Origin: a virus
Lineage: Duplodnaviria > Caudoviricetes
DNA: 64,000 nucleotides
Virus record (IMG/VR): IMGVR_UViG_3300028591_000099
Location: 1-64,000 of that record
Direction: 5' to 3' (one strand)
How positions within the stretch are numbered: position 1 is the first letter of the stretch; the number at the start of each line of letters is the position of its first letter. The position numbers were made by a program, and so were the translations under genes. Positions 1 through 9,934 of this stretch are shown piece by piece. The notes below the pieces were generated by a model. It had not been told where the DNA came from. It searched no databases and worked only from the letters and a program-made list of their open reading frames with translations.

Positions 1-42
1 ATAACAAATTTTTAATAAAAAATAAAATAAAGAGCCACACAA

Positions 43-261
43 TTAGTTGAAATGGCTCTTGTCAGTTGGGTCATAGTTTTCTATATCGATATTCTCAATT
101 AAGCCCTCGATCATCTCAGCATATATTACAAGTGCGGTCTCCCGACTAATATGTGCGTCATCAGCCAGACTACATACATCCGAAAAAGCCTCAGCCGCAA
201 TTACTGCTAAGTTATTTATTAATTGCTCTTTATTTAAGAATGTCAATATCGTATTCGGCAT
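43..261 (-). CDS. hypothetical protein
   Basis: 72-aa ORF overlapping the end of 230..463. Confidence 0.5.
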   Translation of the reverse strand: MPNTILTFLNKEQLINNLAVIAAEAFSDVCSLADDAHISRETALVIYAEMIEGLIENIDIENYDPTDKSHFN

Positions 262-463
262 ATTTATCTTCTTCTATTGAAACCTCTTTTGGTTTTTTGC
301 GTTTGGACTGCTCCAATATAAAACAAGCCGGGCACATTTTAGATCCATACGCATTAACCATTACGGTCTCCATAGGTTTTTTGCAACGAGGGCATTTTGG
401 GGTTCTTTTGGTATAGTTTTGCTGTTGTTTGAATGTCTCAAAATCGACATAACCTTTCTGCAT
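230..463 (-). CDS. small zinc-ribbon protein
   Basis: CPRC..CPAC motif; AAGGAG RBS upstream. Confidence 0.6.
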   Translation of the reverse strand: MQKGYVDFETFKQQQNYTKRTPKCPRCKKPMETVMVNAYGSKMCPACFILEQSKRKKPKEVSIEEDKYAEYDIDILK

Positions 464-580
464 TATAAAATCTCCTTAATACTAATTCGTATAGTGTTAT
501 TATATCGAAAAATTTCCTAAAACGCAAATGGCAACTTATAAAAAATTATGATATAATAATAATGTATAAGGAGAAAGAAA

Positions 581-808
581 ATGAATTGGTTAAAGAAATT
601 ATTTACAGCAGACGAAACAGATGAACAAAACGAAAAAGTTGATGATTTGTTAGATCCTTTATACAAAGTTGAACAAATGATTGAACTCAATAAGAGTGAG
701 TATATTTTGGGAAAAATCTCCAAGGAGCAGTATAAGGCTATGAAAGTGTCGATTGGAGAGTTAATTGATAAATTAGAAGCCCAGGAGGCAAGCTGTGACG
801 AAGGATGA
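581..808 (+). CDS. hypothetical protein
   Basis: TATAAT and AAGGAG RBS upstream. Confidence 0.7.
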   Translation: MNWLKKLFTADETDEQNEKVDDLLDPLYKVEQMIELNKSEYILGKISKEQYKAMKVSIGELIDKLEAQEASCDEG

Positions 809-1094
809 GTATGTTAGAACGATATGTGTTGAAGGTATAATGGTAGATATCGGGATGGATGATCCTGGTCAACAGTATTTTTACGAATATGACTTGAACG
901 GAAAACACTATGAAAAAGGATGCGGTGCTTATAATTTTGATTATATCGAGACGATTTTCAATGATTTATGTCCAAGATATAGAGAGTTAAATTATAAAGA
1001 CTTTTGGGAAACCGAGCAAATGACGAAAGATGAGATTCAGGAATTATCGCAATATCGTATGCTAATAGAAGGGTATAAAAAACAGTATGTTTAA
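795..1094 (+). CDS. hypothetical protein
   Basis: GGAGG RBS, GTG start, coupled to neighbours. Confidence 0.7.
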   Translation: MTKDEYVRTICVEGIMVDIGMDDPGQQYFYEYDLNGKHYEKGCGAYNFDYIETIFNDLCPRYRELNYKDFWETEQMTKDEIQELSQYRMLIEGYKKQYV

Positions 1095-1512
1095 TAAGGG
1101 TGATAAAATTACTTTTGAGATTGAAGCTGTTAGCCCAGCTGAACATGATGATAATGTAGTCTATAAACTAAAAGGACTCCCTTTAATGTTTACAGGAGAA
1201 GCATTAAAATGTGGGGAGAAAGCTGTTAGCGTATCTGAAATTTATAATGCGGGGAAACGAAGTGCTTATGAAGATATGGTAGATATTATCATAGGACGCT
1301 GTCCGCAAGCAGAGCCAAAGCATATTGCTGAAGCTATTTTGCAATATAAGTTACCGCAGTATGAAGATGATCTTGAAAGAGGCTGGTATACAACTTGTAG
1401 CACTTGTAATACAGTTTTAGACACAAATATTGAGGATCCGAAAGAATATACGCCTCCGAATTATTGCCCAGTTTGTGGTGCGGAGATTATTGATGTAGTT
1501 AGGGGGAAATAA
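1087..1512 (+). CDS. hypothetical protein with C-terminal zinc ribbon
   Basis: CSTC...YCPVCG motif. Confidence 0.7.
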   Translation: MFNKGDKITFEIEAVSPAEHDDNVVYKLKGLPLMFTGEALKCGEKAVSVSEIYNAGKRSAYEDMVDIIIGRCPQAEPKHIAEAILQYKLPQYEDDLERGWYTTCSTCNTVLDTNIEDPKEYTPPNYCPVCGAEIIDVVRGK

Positions 1513-1706
1513 TGATTACTTTCAATATGCGGAAGTCCGATGGGACGATCGTCAAAGGGGTCGCCGCAGAAGCAGATCTTTTAACGCAAGATTTTGGATA
1601 TGATTATATGATAATGGTAGATAACGATGAGACTGGCGTTCATGATTTTATGTATGTGGGTAAAGACTTTTTTCAGAGATCCGATATCGAAATAGTTGAG
1701 GAGTAA
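1512..1706 (+). CDS. hypothetical protein
   Basis: TAATG stop/start overlap, GGGGG RBS. Confidence 0.65.
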   Translation: MITFNMRKSDGTIVKGVAAEADLLTQDFGYDYMIMVDNDETGVHDFMYVGKDFFQRSDIEIVEE

Positions 1707-1707
1707 T

Positions 1708-1986
1708 ATGTTGTTAGATAAGTGTATTGAATATCTTAAATTGAGACATGAAATAGCGGTAATGTCTAAACCAGATGCTTCTTTTAATGAGAAAGTAAAA
1801 AAAGTTAATAATTGTTGGATTGAGTTATATGCTTATAGCGATAGAGAAGATGCTGATGATATTAAAGATAATTTAGATATTTATATTGGGTTTCAAGATG
1901 AAATTGAATATGTAGAACAGTGGTATCAGATATATGCAAAACGATTAATGAAAATGATGGGGTTAATTGAAAATGGGCTGGGTTAA
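1708..1986 (+). CDS. hypothetical protein
   Basis: GAGGAG RBS before ATG 1708. Confidence 0.65.
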   Translation: MLLDKCIEYLKLRHEIAVMSKPDASFNEKVKKVNNCWIELYAYSDREDADDIKDNLDIYIGFQDEIEYVEQWYQIYAKRLMKMMGLIENGLG

Positions 1987-2134
1987 AAAAGAGGATGTGC
2001 TACAGGCTTTGGAAATCCAGCGACAAATGATGAAAGAATTAAGAATGTTTAATGCCGAGCATATATTGATACATTATGCTATTAGAGTGATAGAGGAAAT
2101 GCCGGATAAGGAGTTAAATGACGGTGAAGAATAA
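1973..2134 (+). CDS. small hypothetical protein (53 aa, MGWVKKEDVLQALE...)
   Basis: fills the gap, overlaps both neighbours; below ORF-track length cut-off. Confidence 0.5.
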   Translation: MGWVKKEDVLQALEIQRQMMKELRMFNAEHILIHYAIRVIEEMPDKELNDGEE

Positions 2135-2330
2135 GAAACGAGAGACGGTATATATAATATTAATTGCTATCGTGTTGCTGGGGCTTGATTTTTTGCTGAC
2201 GGCGGGGATACTGAGAATAATATGCTGGGCCTTTAATTGGGCATGGTCTTGGAAAATTTCAATAGGAATTTGGTGTCTTGAAATGTTCGTTTTAAGTATT
2301 TTGAGAACGATTTTTAAGGTAAATAAATAA
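2118..2330 (+). CDS. small membrane protein
   Basis: two hydrophobic segments; AAGGAG RBS. Confidence 0.65.
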   Translation: MTVKNKKRETVYIILIAIVLLGLDFLLTAGILRIICWAFNWAWSWKISIGIWCLEMFVLSILRTIFKVNK

Positions 2331-2428
2331 AAAAAGTATGCGGTGGCCGGTTATCCGATCGGAAGAACCAAAACCGCAGATTTGATATAATATAATTAGA
2401 AATAAATAAAAAAAATCCAAAAATCGTC

Positions 2429-2458
2429 TTGACGAAAAGACGGTTTTTTTGGTATAAT
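2429..2458 (+). promoter_or_regulatory. sigmaA-type promoter
   Basis: TTGACG ... TGG TATAAT. Confidence 0.7.
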
Positions 2459-2481
2459 AATAATATAGAATAATAAGACAC

Positions 2482-2578
2482 GCCAAGTGAAGTTAAACCG
2501 AGCGAAGCGAAGGTTTAACGTAACGGACTCTCTTTATGCGGAGGCCTTGGAAAGGCCGGAGACTTAAAGAGAGTTGGC
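2482..2578 (+). ncRNA. structured leader or small RNA candidate
   Basis: GCCAA/TTGGC closing stem, GTTAAACC/GGTTTAAC and ACTCTCTTTA/TAAAGAGAGT stems, GGCCT/AGGCC hairpin. Confidence 0.45.
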
Positions 2579-2602
2579 TTAAAGAAAGAAGGAGAAATAA
2601 AA

Positions 2603-2866
2603 ATGGCTGTAAGAGATGATATAACTTATTCAGTAATGACTGAAGTTCAGAGATTTAGATCTGAATTATTAACAGAAGAAGAAAAGGCACAGATTAAAAA
2701 AGATGTGACCGCATTTTGTATTATCGAAATCCGCAAATATTGTGGGGAAGATATTTTTAATATTAAAGCAAAAGAATTAGACGATAAGGGTATTAGTAAA
2801 CTCCGTCCGCAAATAGCAAAAACTTTAGTCATGCCTACTGGAGATAAAAATAATGGAAAAGCGTAG
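2603..2866 (+). CDS. hypothetical protein
   Basis: AAGGAG RBS, 87 aa. Confidence 0.65.
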   Translation: MAVRDDITYSVMTEVQRFRSELLTEEEKAQIKKDVTAFCIIEIRKYCGEDIFNIKAKELDDKGISKLRPQIAKTLVMPTGDKNNGKA

Positions 2867-3098
2867 AATAGTTCAATTCGATTCAAAAGGAAATGCACTC
2901 GCTGTGTTCGACGACGTAGACCAAGCCTCTAGCCGCACAGGAGTGCCCCGACCGCAAATCTATAGTTGTCTTAGAGGGGCGTGGGATTCTGCTTATGGAT
3001 ATAAGTTTCAATATGAGGTGACTAATGCAGAATTAAAAGCAAAAAAGAGAGAAGAAGATAAGAAAAAAGCCGCAGAAGTTTGGGATAAATGGAAGTAA
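2853..3098 (+). CDS. NUMOD1-like DNA-binding domain protein
   Basis: IVQFDSKGN..F....QA...TG....I..CL.G....AYGYKF pattern typical of NUMOD1. Confidence 0.65.
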   Translation: MEKRRIVQFDSKGNALAVFDDVDQASSRTGVPRPQIYSCLRGAWDSAYGYKFQYEVTNAELKAKKREEDKKKAAEVWDKWK

Positions 3099-3210
3099 AA
3101 AATTACATTTTGGACGAAATGTAATAAAGTATCCGCGAGATCGTTTAGGTATAAATGGAAGGAAAGGAGAAAAAATATTACATTTTTTTGGGAAAAGTAT
3201 ATATATAGAG

Positions 3211-4010
3211 TTGCCTAAAAATTTGTAATATTTTATTTAAGATATGATTGAATTACATAAGAAATATAGTGGTAAAGAATTAGCAGAATTATTATTTGAG
3301 GTATCAGCCAATACATTTAATGCTCATAAACAAGAATATTTAATTTATATGAGTGAGTTTTATGAGTGACATAATGAAGGTAAAAAATATGTTTTTACTA
3401 AACAATTAAAAGAATATGTGCCTAAGAAAAAAGGACGTAAAATTACTAAAGATCAGACTATTAAAGACTATGAAACTGCGGTTTATCAATTATTAAAAGT
3501 AGAACCTTGGAATACCGGGGCGGGTATTGCTAGGGATATTAGTTTACATAATACTTATATGATAGAAACATATAACCATAAACCTAGAACTTCTTATAAT
3601 TATATTAGACCTATTACTAAAGAAAAGTATGATATAGTCGATAAGCGTTGGAAAGCTCCTACTGGCACAGGCTATATAGATATGGCAGATGAAGAGATAA
3701 GAGAATGAAAGACACTTTTAAATGCTTGCTTTGGAAATCGTAGAGATATTTCATTTGAACAAGATCTTGCTATTCTAAAAGATGCGGGGGATATTACTGA
3801 AGAAGAATATAAAGAAAGTCTTGCGAAAGCAAATGATAATAAATATCAAGCGGCTCTTACTTTATGAGAAATGAAATATGGATATAAGCCAATAAGAGTT
3901 AATAAATATGAACTAAAAATGATTGAGTTTAAGGGAGATTCAGATAAATCGCAATAAAAAAATTACAATTTAAAAGGGGGAGTATTTTGCCTAAAAATTT
4001 GTAATATTTT
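3211..4010. repeat. 24-bp direct repeat flanking gene 3244..3957
   Basis: TTGCCTAAAAATTTGTAATATTTT at 3211-3234 and 3987-4010. Confidence 0.85.
3244..3957 (+). CDS. hypothetical protein, 237 aa, three in-frame TGA read as Trp
   Basis: single frame from ATG 3244 to TAA 3957 interrupted only by TGA (3367, 3706, 3865). Confidence 0.7.
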
Positions 4011-4044
4011 TATTAAAGAGTAGTTGGGGATATTACAAAAGTAT

Positions 4045-4108
4045 ATACTTTTTCCACATTCGATCCGTTCTTTAGAAAAAATTTTGGATTAAAATGTGGA
4101 AAAAGTAT
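4045..4108. repeat. 16-bp perfect inverted repeat containing DnaA-box-like TTTTCCACA
   Basis: ATACTTTTTCCACATT (4045-4060) / AATGTGGAAAAAGTAT (4093-4108). Confidence 0.75.
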
Positions 4109-4130
4109 CTAAAATTGGTAGGAGATTAGA

Positions 4131-4412
4131 ATGTATATAAATGATGAGATGAGGATTAATGCAGTTCTAAAAACTGCGATTGGAGTATATTTGGATTATT
4201 ATTATCCAAATATCTCTAATAAGACTTTATTGGCAGGTTATTATGAGACGATTAGGGATTATATAGACCAGAAATGTTTTGAGTTGAGTTTGGCAGAAGC
4301 GGTTCATAAAAGTAAATTGGAAAAGCGGGAAGAATTGGAGAGAGAAAAGGAAGAATTAAAAGAAAAAATTGAGAATATAAATGCGAAGTTAAAGGTGATT
4401 GAAGGGGAGTAA
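4131..4412 (+). CDS. hypothetical coiled-coil protein
   Basis: AGGAG RBS; charged C-terminal heptads. Confidence 0.7.
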   Translation: MYINDEMRINAVLKTAIGVYLDYYYPNISNKTLLAGYYETIRDYIDQKCFELSLAEAVHKSKLEKREELEREKEELKEKIENINAKLKVIEGE

Positions 4413-4846
4413 ATATTGAAAGATACTTAAAGTAATGGAAAATGGCGGGGATGGCAGGAAAATGCGGGAGTGGCTAGGCCGACCGGCCCTCGCTATATGC
4501 TATCTTAATTCAAAAAACGATTTGACGTCCCTTTTCGAATATTGAATCAAAAATCCGGGGGTTCTCCCGGGTGAAAACCGGATCGAAAAATACCGGGGAG
4601 GTATCTAGGGCAATATTCCGAGGAACGAAATGAAAATCGAATCGAAAATCCCGAAATGGACCTGCGAAAAATCGAACCAAAAACCGCTTTGAAACCCGCC
4701 CGCCGCATATATACTATTGTGGCTATTGGAGCGGTGCTTTGCGAGCCGATCGGTCCTACCTTTATTACTATTTACTTTTGGATATTATATGGTATTACTT
4801 GATATTATTAAAAAAATTTTATATAATAATAATAGAAAAGGAGATA

Positions 4847-5296
4847 ATGGATATGGCTGACTTAAAAGATAAACTATGGAAGGCTTTAGATAGCCTGCGA
4901 GACTCGCCTGAAGATCCATTGGATTTCGATCAGATCCAGAAGGCAGTGGATGAATGGAAACGTATACGCCGAGAATTAGAGTTCGAAGATGCGATTAATG
5001 CTGCGGCTGACAATATCGGTGAAGCGTTTTACTATGCTGTGTATGACTATGGAATGAAGGATGAAAAGCAGTTGGAGTTAGCACGAAATAGCGTGATGGA
5101 CTATGTGAGGGAAGCCGTTAGAAGTGCAATGAATCCAGTGCCGGTCGGCAAGCATGGTGCGGCAGGGCAGGATAAACCGGACGGAGAACCGGCCATCCGC
5201 ACTCTTAAGTATGATCCTACTATTGGACTTACTGGAGAAAAGAGCGATCTTGATTACGAAGCTATTATAAAAGAGGTCATAGGTTCATTTAAGTAA
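4847..5296 (+). CDS. hypothetical protein
   Basis: TTGATA/TATAAT promoter and AAGGAG RBS before ATG 4847. Confidence 0.7.
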   Translation: MDMADLKDKLWKALDSLRDSPEDPLDFDQIQKAVDEWKRIRRELEFEDAINAAADNIGEAFYYAVYDYGMKDEKQLELARNSVMDYVREAVRSAMNPVPVGKHGAAGQDKPDGEPAIRTLKYDPTIGLTGEKSDLDYEAIIKEVIGSFK

Positions 5297-5310
5297 AATA
5301 AGCCACGATT

Positions 5311-5408
5311 GCGGAGGCCTACGATAAAATGTTCATATGACCACTTCTGGAATTAACTAGACGGCTAATGGGTTCACTGGGTGGTTAAAATTTTAGAAGG
5401 CCTGTGCC
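5311..5408 (+). ncRNA. long imperfect rod hairpin candidate
   Basis: nested pairings AGGCCT/AGGCCT, TAAAAT/ATTTTA, TGACCAC/GTGGTTA. Confidence 0.35.
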
Positions 5409-5453
5409 TTAATTTTTGGAAATAACCCTGAAGATAAAGGGTAAATATATATT

Positions 5454-5497
5454 TGGGTATGCGGAAGCAGATAGTTTTCGTATACCCATTTTTTTTA
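5454..5497 (+). terminator. intrinsic terminator
   Basis: TGGGTATGCGGAAGC/GTTTTCGTATACCCA stem followed by T-run. Confidence 0.8.
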
Positions 5498-5973
5498 TGT
5501 GCTACTGGATTAATGAGGCTTGCGGGCCGGTCGGTTTTTATATATATACTCCCCCATTATATTATATAATATTTTATTAAAAATATCAAGTATTTGCGAA
5601 AAAAATTAGGTTTTTTTTAATATTATACCAAAATTTTATGAAAAAATCAAGAAAATATGCGGTTTTTAGCGAAAACCGGCCGGCTCCAGAGGTTTTATAT
5701 ATAAAAAAATGCCTTTTTTTAAAATTATACCAAATTTTTTAATAAAAATCAACAAAAATATGTGAAAAAGCTAATAAAATGCGGCATATGCGGCTAGAAC
5801 CGATCGGCGCGGGCCTCAGTTGGGAATAAAAATGAGGCATATGAAGATTTGCTGCCAGAGCCGGCCGGCCCGGGATTTTGGGAGAATTCCCCGGGAAATA
5901 TGGCCCGCAGTTGCCAGCAAAAAATTGCCATATGGGAGTGCCGGTCGGTAACACCGTCCGACCTCGGCGAAAA

Positions 5974-5988
5974 CGTTTTCAGAAAATT
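5974..5988. promoter_or_regulatory. CodY-box-like site
   Basis: CGTTTTCAGAAAATT, 13/15 match to AATTTTCWGAAAATT. Confidence 0.4.
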
Positions 5989-6010
5989 TTGAAAATTTTT
6001 TCAAAAAAAA

Positions 6011-6024
6011 TGTAAGCGGTTTCA
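6011..6024. promoter_or_regulatory. cre site (CcpA/LacI-family operator)
   Basis: TGTAAGCGGTTTCA fits TGWAANCGNTNWCA. Confidence 0.6.
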
Positions 6025-6042
6025 TTGTGAAAATTTTCACAA
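6025..6042. promoter_or_regulatory. Rex operator
   Basis: TTGTGAAAATTTTCACAA, perfect TTGTGAA-N4-TTCACAA. Confidence 0.7.
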
Positions 6043-6213
6043 GTGCGAGTTTTGGGAAATACCGAAAAAATGCGGGAAATAATCAATTTCTACTTGACAA
6101 ATTGGGTTAGAATGTGATATAATATTTCGGGCCTAGGCTGCCACCGACGGCCCGGCGGAAAATAGCCTGCTATCATCTCCTAAACTCCAAAAGAAAAGCA
6201 GGCTATTGATAGC

Positions 6214-6582
6214 CTACTTTCGATGAGCGGTTAGTGTCAGCGAGTAGTGAACCCCATCCGCATCAGTGAAGTCAACCACCCTTTCAGCATTGGAGATTTT
6301 AACTTCTTGTGTGAGGTCGCATTTCGCAAGGGCATCCGCTACAAAGGAGATAATACCTTGCTTTGTTGGGTTCTCTTTACGAGTGCGAGTGGTTGATTTT
6401 GGAGCCTTGCGAGTAGTCACGTTGCAAAGTTTACGCTGATTTTTTAATTGTTCTGGCGTTAAATCCCAAGGCTTTGGGAGACCCTTGTCAATGTCGAGGT
6501 CATCTTGAACCATTTTTTCAGCATCCGCACGTGAGATGTTAAATAACCGCATTTGTTTTAAGACTTCTTTTTCATCCAACAT
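6214..6582 (-). CDS. hypothetical protein, family B (paralogue of 9979..10356)
   Basis: shared QM....EA.E.V..DL.I..G and Y...LT.HR motifs; own promoter and RBS. Confidence 0.8.
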   Translation of the reverse strand: MLDEKEVLKQMRLFNISRADAEKMVQDDLDIDKGLPKPWDLTPEQLKNQRKLCNVTTRKAPKSTTRTRKENPTKQGIISFVADALAKCDLTQEVKISNAERVVDFTDADGVHYSLTLTAHRK

Positions 6583-6698
6583 TCCATAACACCCCTTTCT
6601 ACATTATTATTATAACAAAATAAAAAATAATTGTCAACGATGAGTTGCTCGCCCCCGGGGGGTTAGGGGAGGCTAACACCTCCCCTTAGGGGAAAGGG

Positions 6699-7049
6699 TC
6701 AAATCTTGGTGAACCAAGCGACCCCTTTCACCATCTCACGCGAAACGCGAATTTCCTTACGCAGTTTCGTGACAAGGGCAGTTACTTTCTGCGAATTGGC
6801 ATCAGCGAGTTCGTCAACTAAACCCTTAATGTCAGCGATACGATAGGCAACCCCATCTTCCATAGCGTTGTAAATCGCATCAGCGAGGTCAGCATTTGCA
6901 ACCTGTTTCTTGGAGGGCTTGAGCGAGCGAGAAGCGTTTTTCTTCTCTAACAGGTCGAGTTCATGGTCAATAAACTCAACGAGTTCAGGGTGGTCAGCAA
7001 CGAGGGAGCGGAGTTCGAGATAGCGGTCACGTTTAGTAATTTTTTCCAT
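6699..7049 (-). CDS. putative winged-helix DNA-binding protein, family A; ends at TGA
   Basis: KPSKKQVAN motif and SQKVTALV helix; three paralogues in the window. Confidence 0.8.
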   Translation of the reverse strand: MEKITKRDRYLELRSLVADHPELVEFIDHELDLLEKKNASRSLKPSKKQVANADLADAIYNAMEDGVAYRIADIKGLVDELADANSQKVTALVTKLRKEIRVSREMVKGVAWFTKI

Positions 7050-7366
7050 TAGGTTATCACCTTTCCTTTCTTACATACATAGTATAACATGGATTGAATT
7101 AGATGTCAAGGGGTTTCTCACAACTTTTTTTAGAAGTTTCGTGGTAGATTGGGATTTGAGCCTATCGGCTCCCCTCTCCCCTTGACGATTATAGTATAGC
7201 AAATAGGGTGTGCAAAAAACATGCCAAGCAAAAATTTGCGTCAAAAAAAAATTTTTTGTATAATAATAATGTAAGGAAAAGAAACCTTACAAAAATTCCA
7301 TTCCATTTAAACTTTTTTCTAGGAGGGGGTGCCCGGGGCGGCACCCTTTTCCTATTGAAAAAGCCT

Positions 7367-8038
7367 TCAATGTTTGAAGGCAATTTCACGAACGAGTTTT
7401 TTCTTGCGTTTATTGAGGTATCCCATAATTGCGGTTTCAATTTCGACGTCCTTTAAGCCAGTGTGAGATTCAGTAAAGTTGGGGTCTTTGAGAATGTAGC
7501 GATAGACTGTTTCAGCCTTGATTTGCGGACGCCCATTTTTTGTGAGGTAATTATTTTCCTCGCAGAATTTCACATAGTTGCGATTTTTGAGGAAGGTCTG
7601 CTTCGCCATTTTCATAATGTCGATGTATTGCGTATCTTTAGGGAAGAAATACCATTTTTTGTTAAGGAAGGAATTAGTCTTTTTTAATGCATAGTAATCG
7701 AATGAGGTATTGTAAGCCGCTACCTTTTTGATGTTGTATTTCTCCATCAAGTCAAGGATTTGCGTTCTCGCATCATCGAACGAAACGAGCGACCGCACAC
7801 CCTCGCCAATTTCTACAAAATACTGAGGGAGTTTGTCAGCGTAGTATGAAGTTTTCATACGCTTGTATTCGCCTTGGAAAATGTCCTCGACTACAAGATT
7901 TAATGTTTCATAGATATTGCCAAGTCTATCACAAACCGCAACCCCAATGTCATAGGTGAGTGCGTTACAACCATAGACCCCTTTAGAATGGTCGAAGGTT
8001 GCGGTTTCAGTGTCGATAGTCAGAATGTAATCTTTCAT
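7367..8038 (-). CDS. DEDDh 3'-5' exonuclease; ends at TGA
   Basis: IDTET, AYNTSFD, HTGLKD motifs. Confidence 0.85.
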   Translation of the reverse strand: MKDYILTIDTETATFDHSKGVYGCNALTYDIGVAVCDRLGNIYETLNLVVEDIFQGEYKRMKTSYYADKLPQYFVEIGEGVRSLVSFDDARTQILDLMEKYNIKKVAAYNTSFDYYALKKTNSFLNKKWYFFPKDTQYIDIMKMAKQTFLKNRNYVKFCEENNYLTKNGRPQIKAETVYRYILKDPNFTESHTGLKDVEIETAIMGYLNKRKKKLVREIAFKH

Positions 8039-8227
8039 AGTTATAACCTCTCTTTAACTTACAAGTATAGTATACCACTCTTGGAACAAGGTGTCAAGCG
8101 GTATTTTTAGGATTTTTGAAATAGCGTGCTAATGTGCAGAAATCGCCCCGGGAAATGTGGTAATAGCATCCTATTGAAAATTCCGCCCGCTGCGGCCAAA
8201 AGCGGGCGGCCCAAAAGAAAAGACACC

Positions 8228-8461
8228 TTAATAGGTGTCATAGCCGAGTATTTCAGCCTCGAATTCAGAATACTTATCTATGTATTTGGGGTTAGTGAAA
8301 TACATTTTAGCAATTTGTTTAGCCTCTTGGAGGGTTTCACGTTCTACGAAGAACTCTTCACCTGTTTCTTCATCATAGAATAGAAAGTCCCAATAGTGCT
8401 TCGTGGTTTCTGAATGGCACATGTTGCGTTCGTAGTTGTCTTGATAGAGTTTCTTTTCCAT
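8228..8461 (-). CDS. small acidic protein, family D
   Basis: DFLF...GEEFFVE..T..EA..IAK..F, C-terminal LGYDTY; paralogue of 8554..8748. Confidence 0.75.
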   Translation of the reverse strand: MEKKLYQDNYERNMCHSETTKHYWDFLFYDEETGEEFFVERETLQEAKQIAKMYFTNPKYIDKYSEFEAEILGYDTY

Positions 8462-8553
8462 AGGTCTTTACCTCTCCTTGCATTATTATAATAACAGAAA
8501 AGAAGTTAGTTGTCAAGAGATTTTTTCAAAAAATGTGCCCGGGCGATAGATAC

Positions 8554-8748
8554 CTAGAAGGTATCTAATCCGAGAAATTCGCCTTCTTCGGGGGTCATCT
8601 CTTCCAAGAGCCAAAGGCAACCCTCGCCATTTTCAGTTGGGAAATTTTTCTTCGCTATTTCCCAAGCCTCTCCGCGTGTTTCGCACTCAACGAGGAAATC
8701 GACCTCGCCATTATCGGATTCATAACTGAATAAGTAATCTTTTAACAT
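8554..8748 (-). CDS. small acidic protein, family D
   Basis: DYLF...GEVDFLVE..T..EA..IAK..F, C-terminal LGLDTF. Confidence 0.75.
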   Translation of the reverse strand: MLKDYLFSYESDNGEVDFLVECETRGEAWEIAKKNFPTENGEGCLWLLEEMTPEEGEFLGLDTF

Positions 8749-8791
8749 TTTAATCACCTCTCCTTACAGTATTAGTATAACAGAAAAGGGG

Positions 8792-8998
8792 CTAATCGTC
8801 AAGCCCCTCTTCAAAGAAATTGCCTTTTGTGTAATACGTTTCGATTTCTTCAATCTTTGTATCTGTGACATAATCCCATAAATCACAAGACAAAGTTTCT
8901 TCAACAGCATCTTCAAGGCTATCACCATAATACTGAGGGCAAACCTCAACTTCACATTCGAGAATGACTTTACATTTTACGACTTTTCTTTCTTCCAT
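8792..8998 (-). CDS. small acidic protein
   Basis: own promoter, AAGGAG RBS. Confidence 0.7.
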   Translation of the reverse strand: MEERKVVKCKVILECEVEVCPQYYGDSLEDAVEETLSCDLWDYVTDTKIEEIETYYTKGNFFEEGLDD

Positions 8999-9087
8999 TT
9001 TTTTTACTCCTTTTTTCTTACATTATTAGTATAACAAATAGGGGTAAGGTTGTCAATACCTAATCTAAAAAGTTTTTTCCCGGGGCG

Positions 9088-9103
9088 GTTAGGTGCACCT
9101 AAC
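9088..9103. promoter_or_regulatory. GTTAG-N6-CTAAC palindrome (DtxR/MntR-like); further copies at 6662, 9872, 9906, 10964, 11056
   Basis: recurring 16-bp inverted repeat with a variable centre. Confidence 0.5.
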
Positions 9104-9247
9104 AACCCAAGTCCGCAAACCAAAAAAGCCCCCTCACTAGGGCTCTTTTGGAAGAGAGGAAACAAGAAAAATGAATTTAGGAGGAAGAAACAAGGGCGAA
9201 AGGTGGAAACTTTAGCCCCTCTTTTTACCCCCTAAAGGGGGAGAAGG

Positions 9248-9583
9248 TTAGGCAACCTTGAACAGAGTTACCTTACCTTCCTTGACCTTGACAACAGAGC
9301 CATTGTCAACTAACTGTTTGAGCAGAGCCGAAGCCTTCTGATTGGAGGACAGACCGAGACCCTCTGCGATAGCAGTAGCAGTAGCACCTTCAGTGTTGCC
9401 GAGGAAGTCAACGATAGCACCCTTGATACCCTCGTTTTCAACCTGATTCTTGGTAGCCTTGCGAGTGCCGTTAGACTTGCGAACAGACTTTAACGCACGT
9501 TCCTTTAAGAAGGCGAAGTCATCAGCAGACAGATTAGCGAAGTCGATAGCGTTGATACGAGCAGTGATAGTCATTTTTTCCAT
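9248..9583 (-). CDS. putative winged-helix DNA-binding protein, family A
   Basis: KATKNQVEN, TATAIAEGLGLSSNQKASALLKQLVDNGSV wHTH pattern. Confidence 0.8.
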   Translation of the reverse strand: MEKMTITARINAIDFANLSADDFAFLKERALKSVRKSNGTRKATKNQVENEGIKGAIVDFLGNTEGATATAIAEGLGLSSNQKASALLKQLVDNGSVVKVKEGKVTLFKVA

Positions 9584-9934
9584 AGTTTTAACACCTCTTT
9601 CTTTTTACATTTTTATTTTAACATGGAATGTTTGGTTTGTCAAGTCTTTTTTTGATTTTTTTGAGAAGGTTGGTAGGGAACTTGACCGAGCCCCTCTTTA
9701 CCTTACATCTTAATGATAGCACCTTTTGGAAATCTTGTCAAGCATTTTTTTTAATTTTTTTGAAGATTTTTTTGAGGTGGTAGTTAGGATTTTTCCCTCC
9801 CTACATTATTTATTATACTGATTTTCGGGATAATGTCAATAGGTCTGCGTAAAAAAGTTTTAATTTTTTTTGTTAGTTAAGCCTAACAAAGTTCGCCCGG
9901 GCGGTGTTAGCAGCCGCTAACTTTCGGCCGCAAC

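Noticed and set aside
6662-6677. GTTAG-N6-CTAAC copy as an independent operator
   Set aside because: It lies within a terminator hairpin, so this copy alone is weak evidence; the other copies carry the claim.
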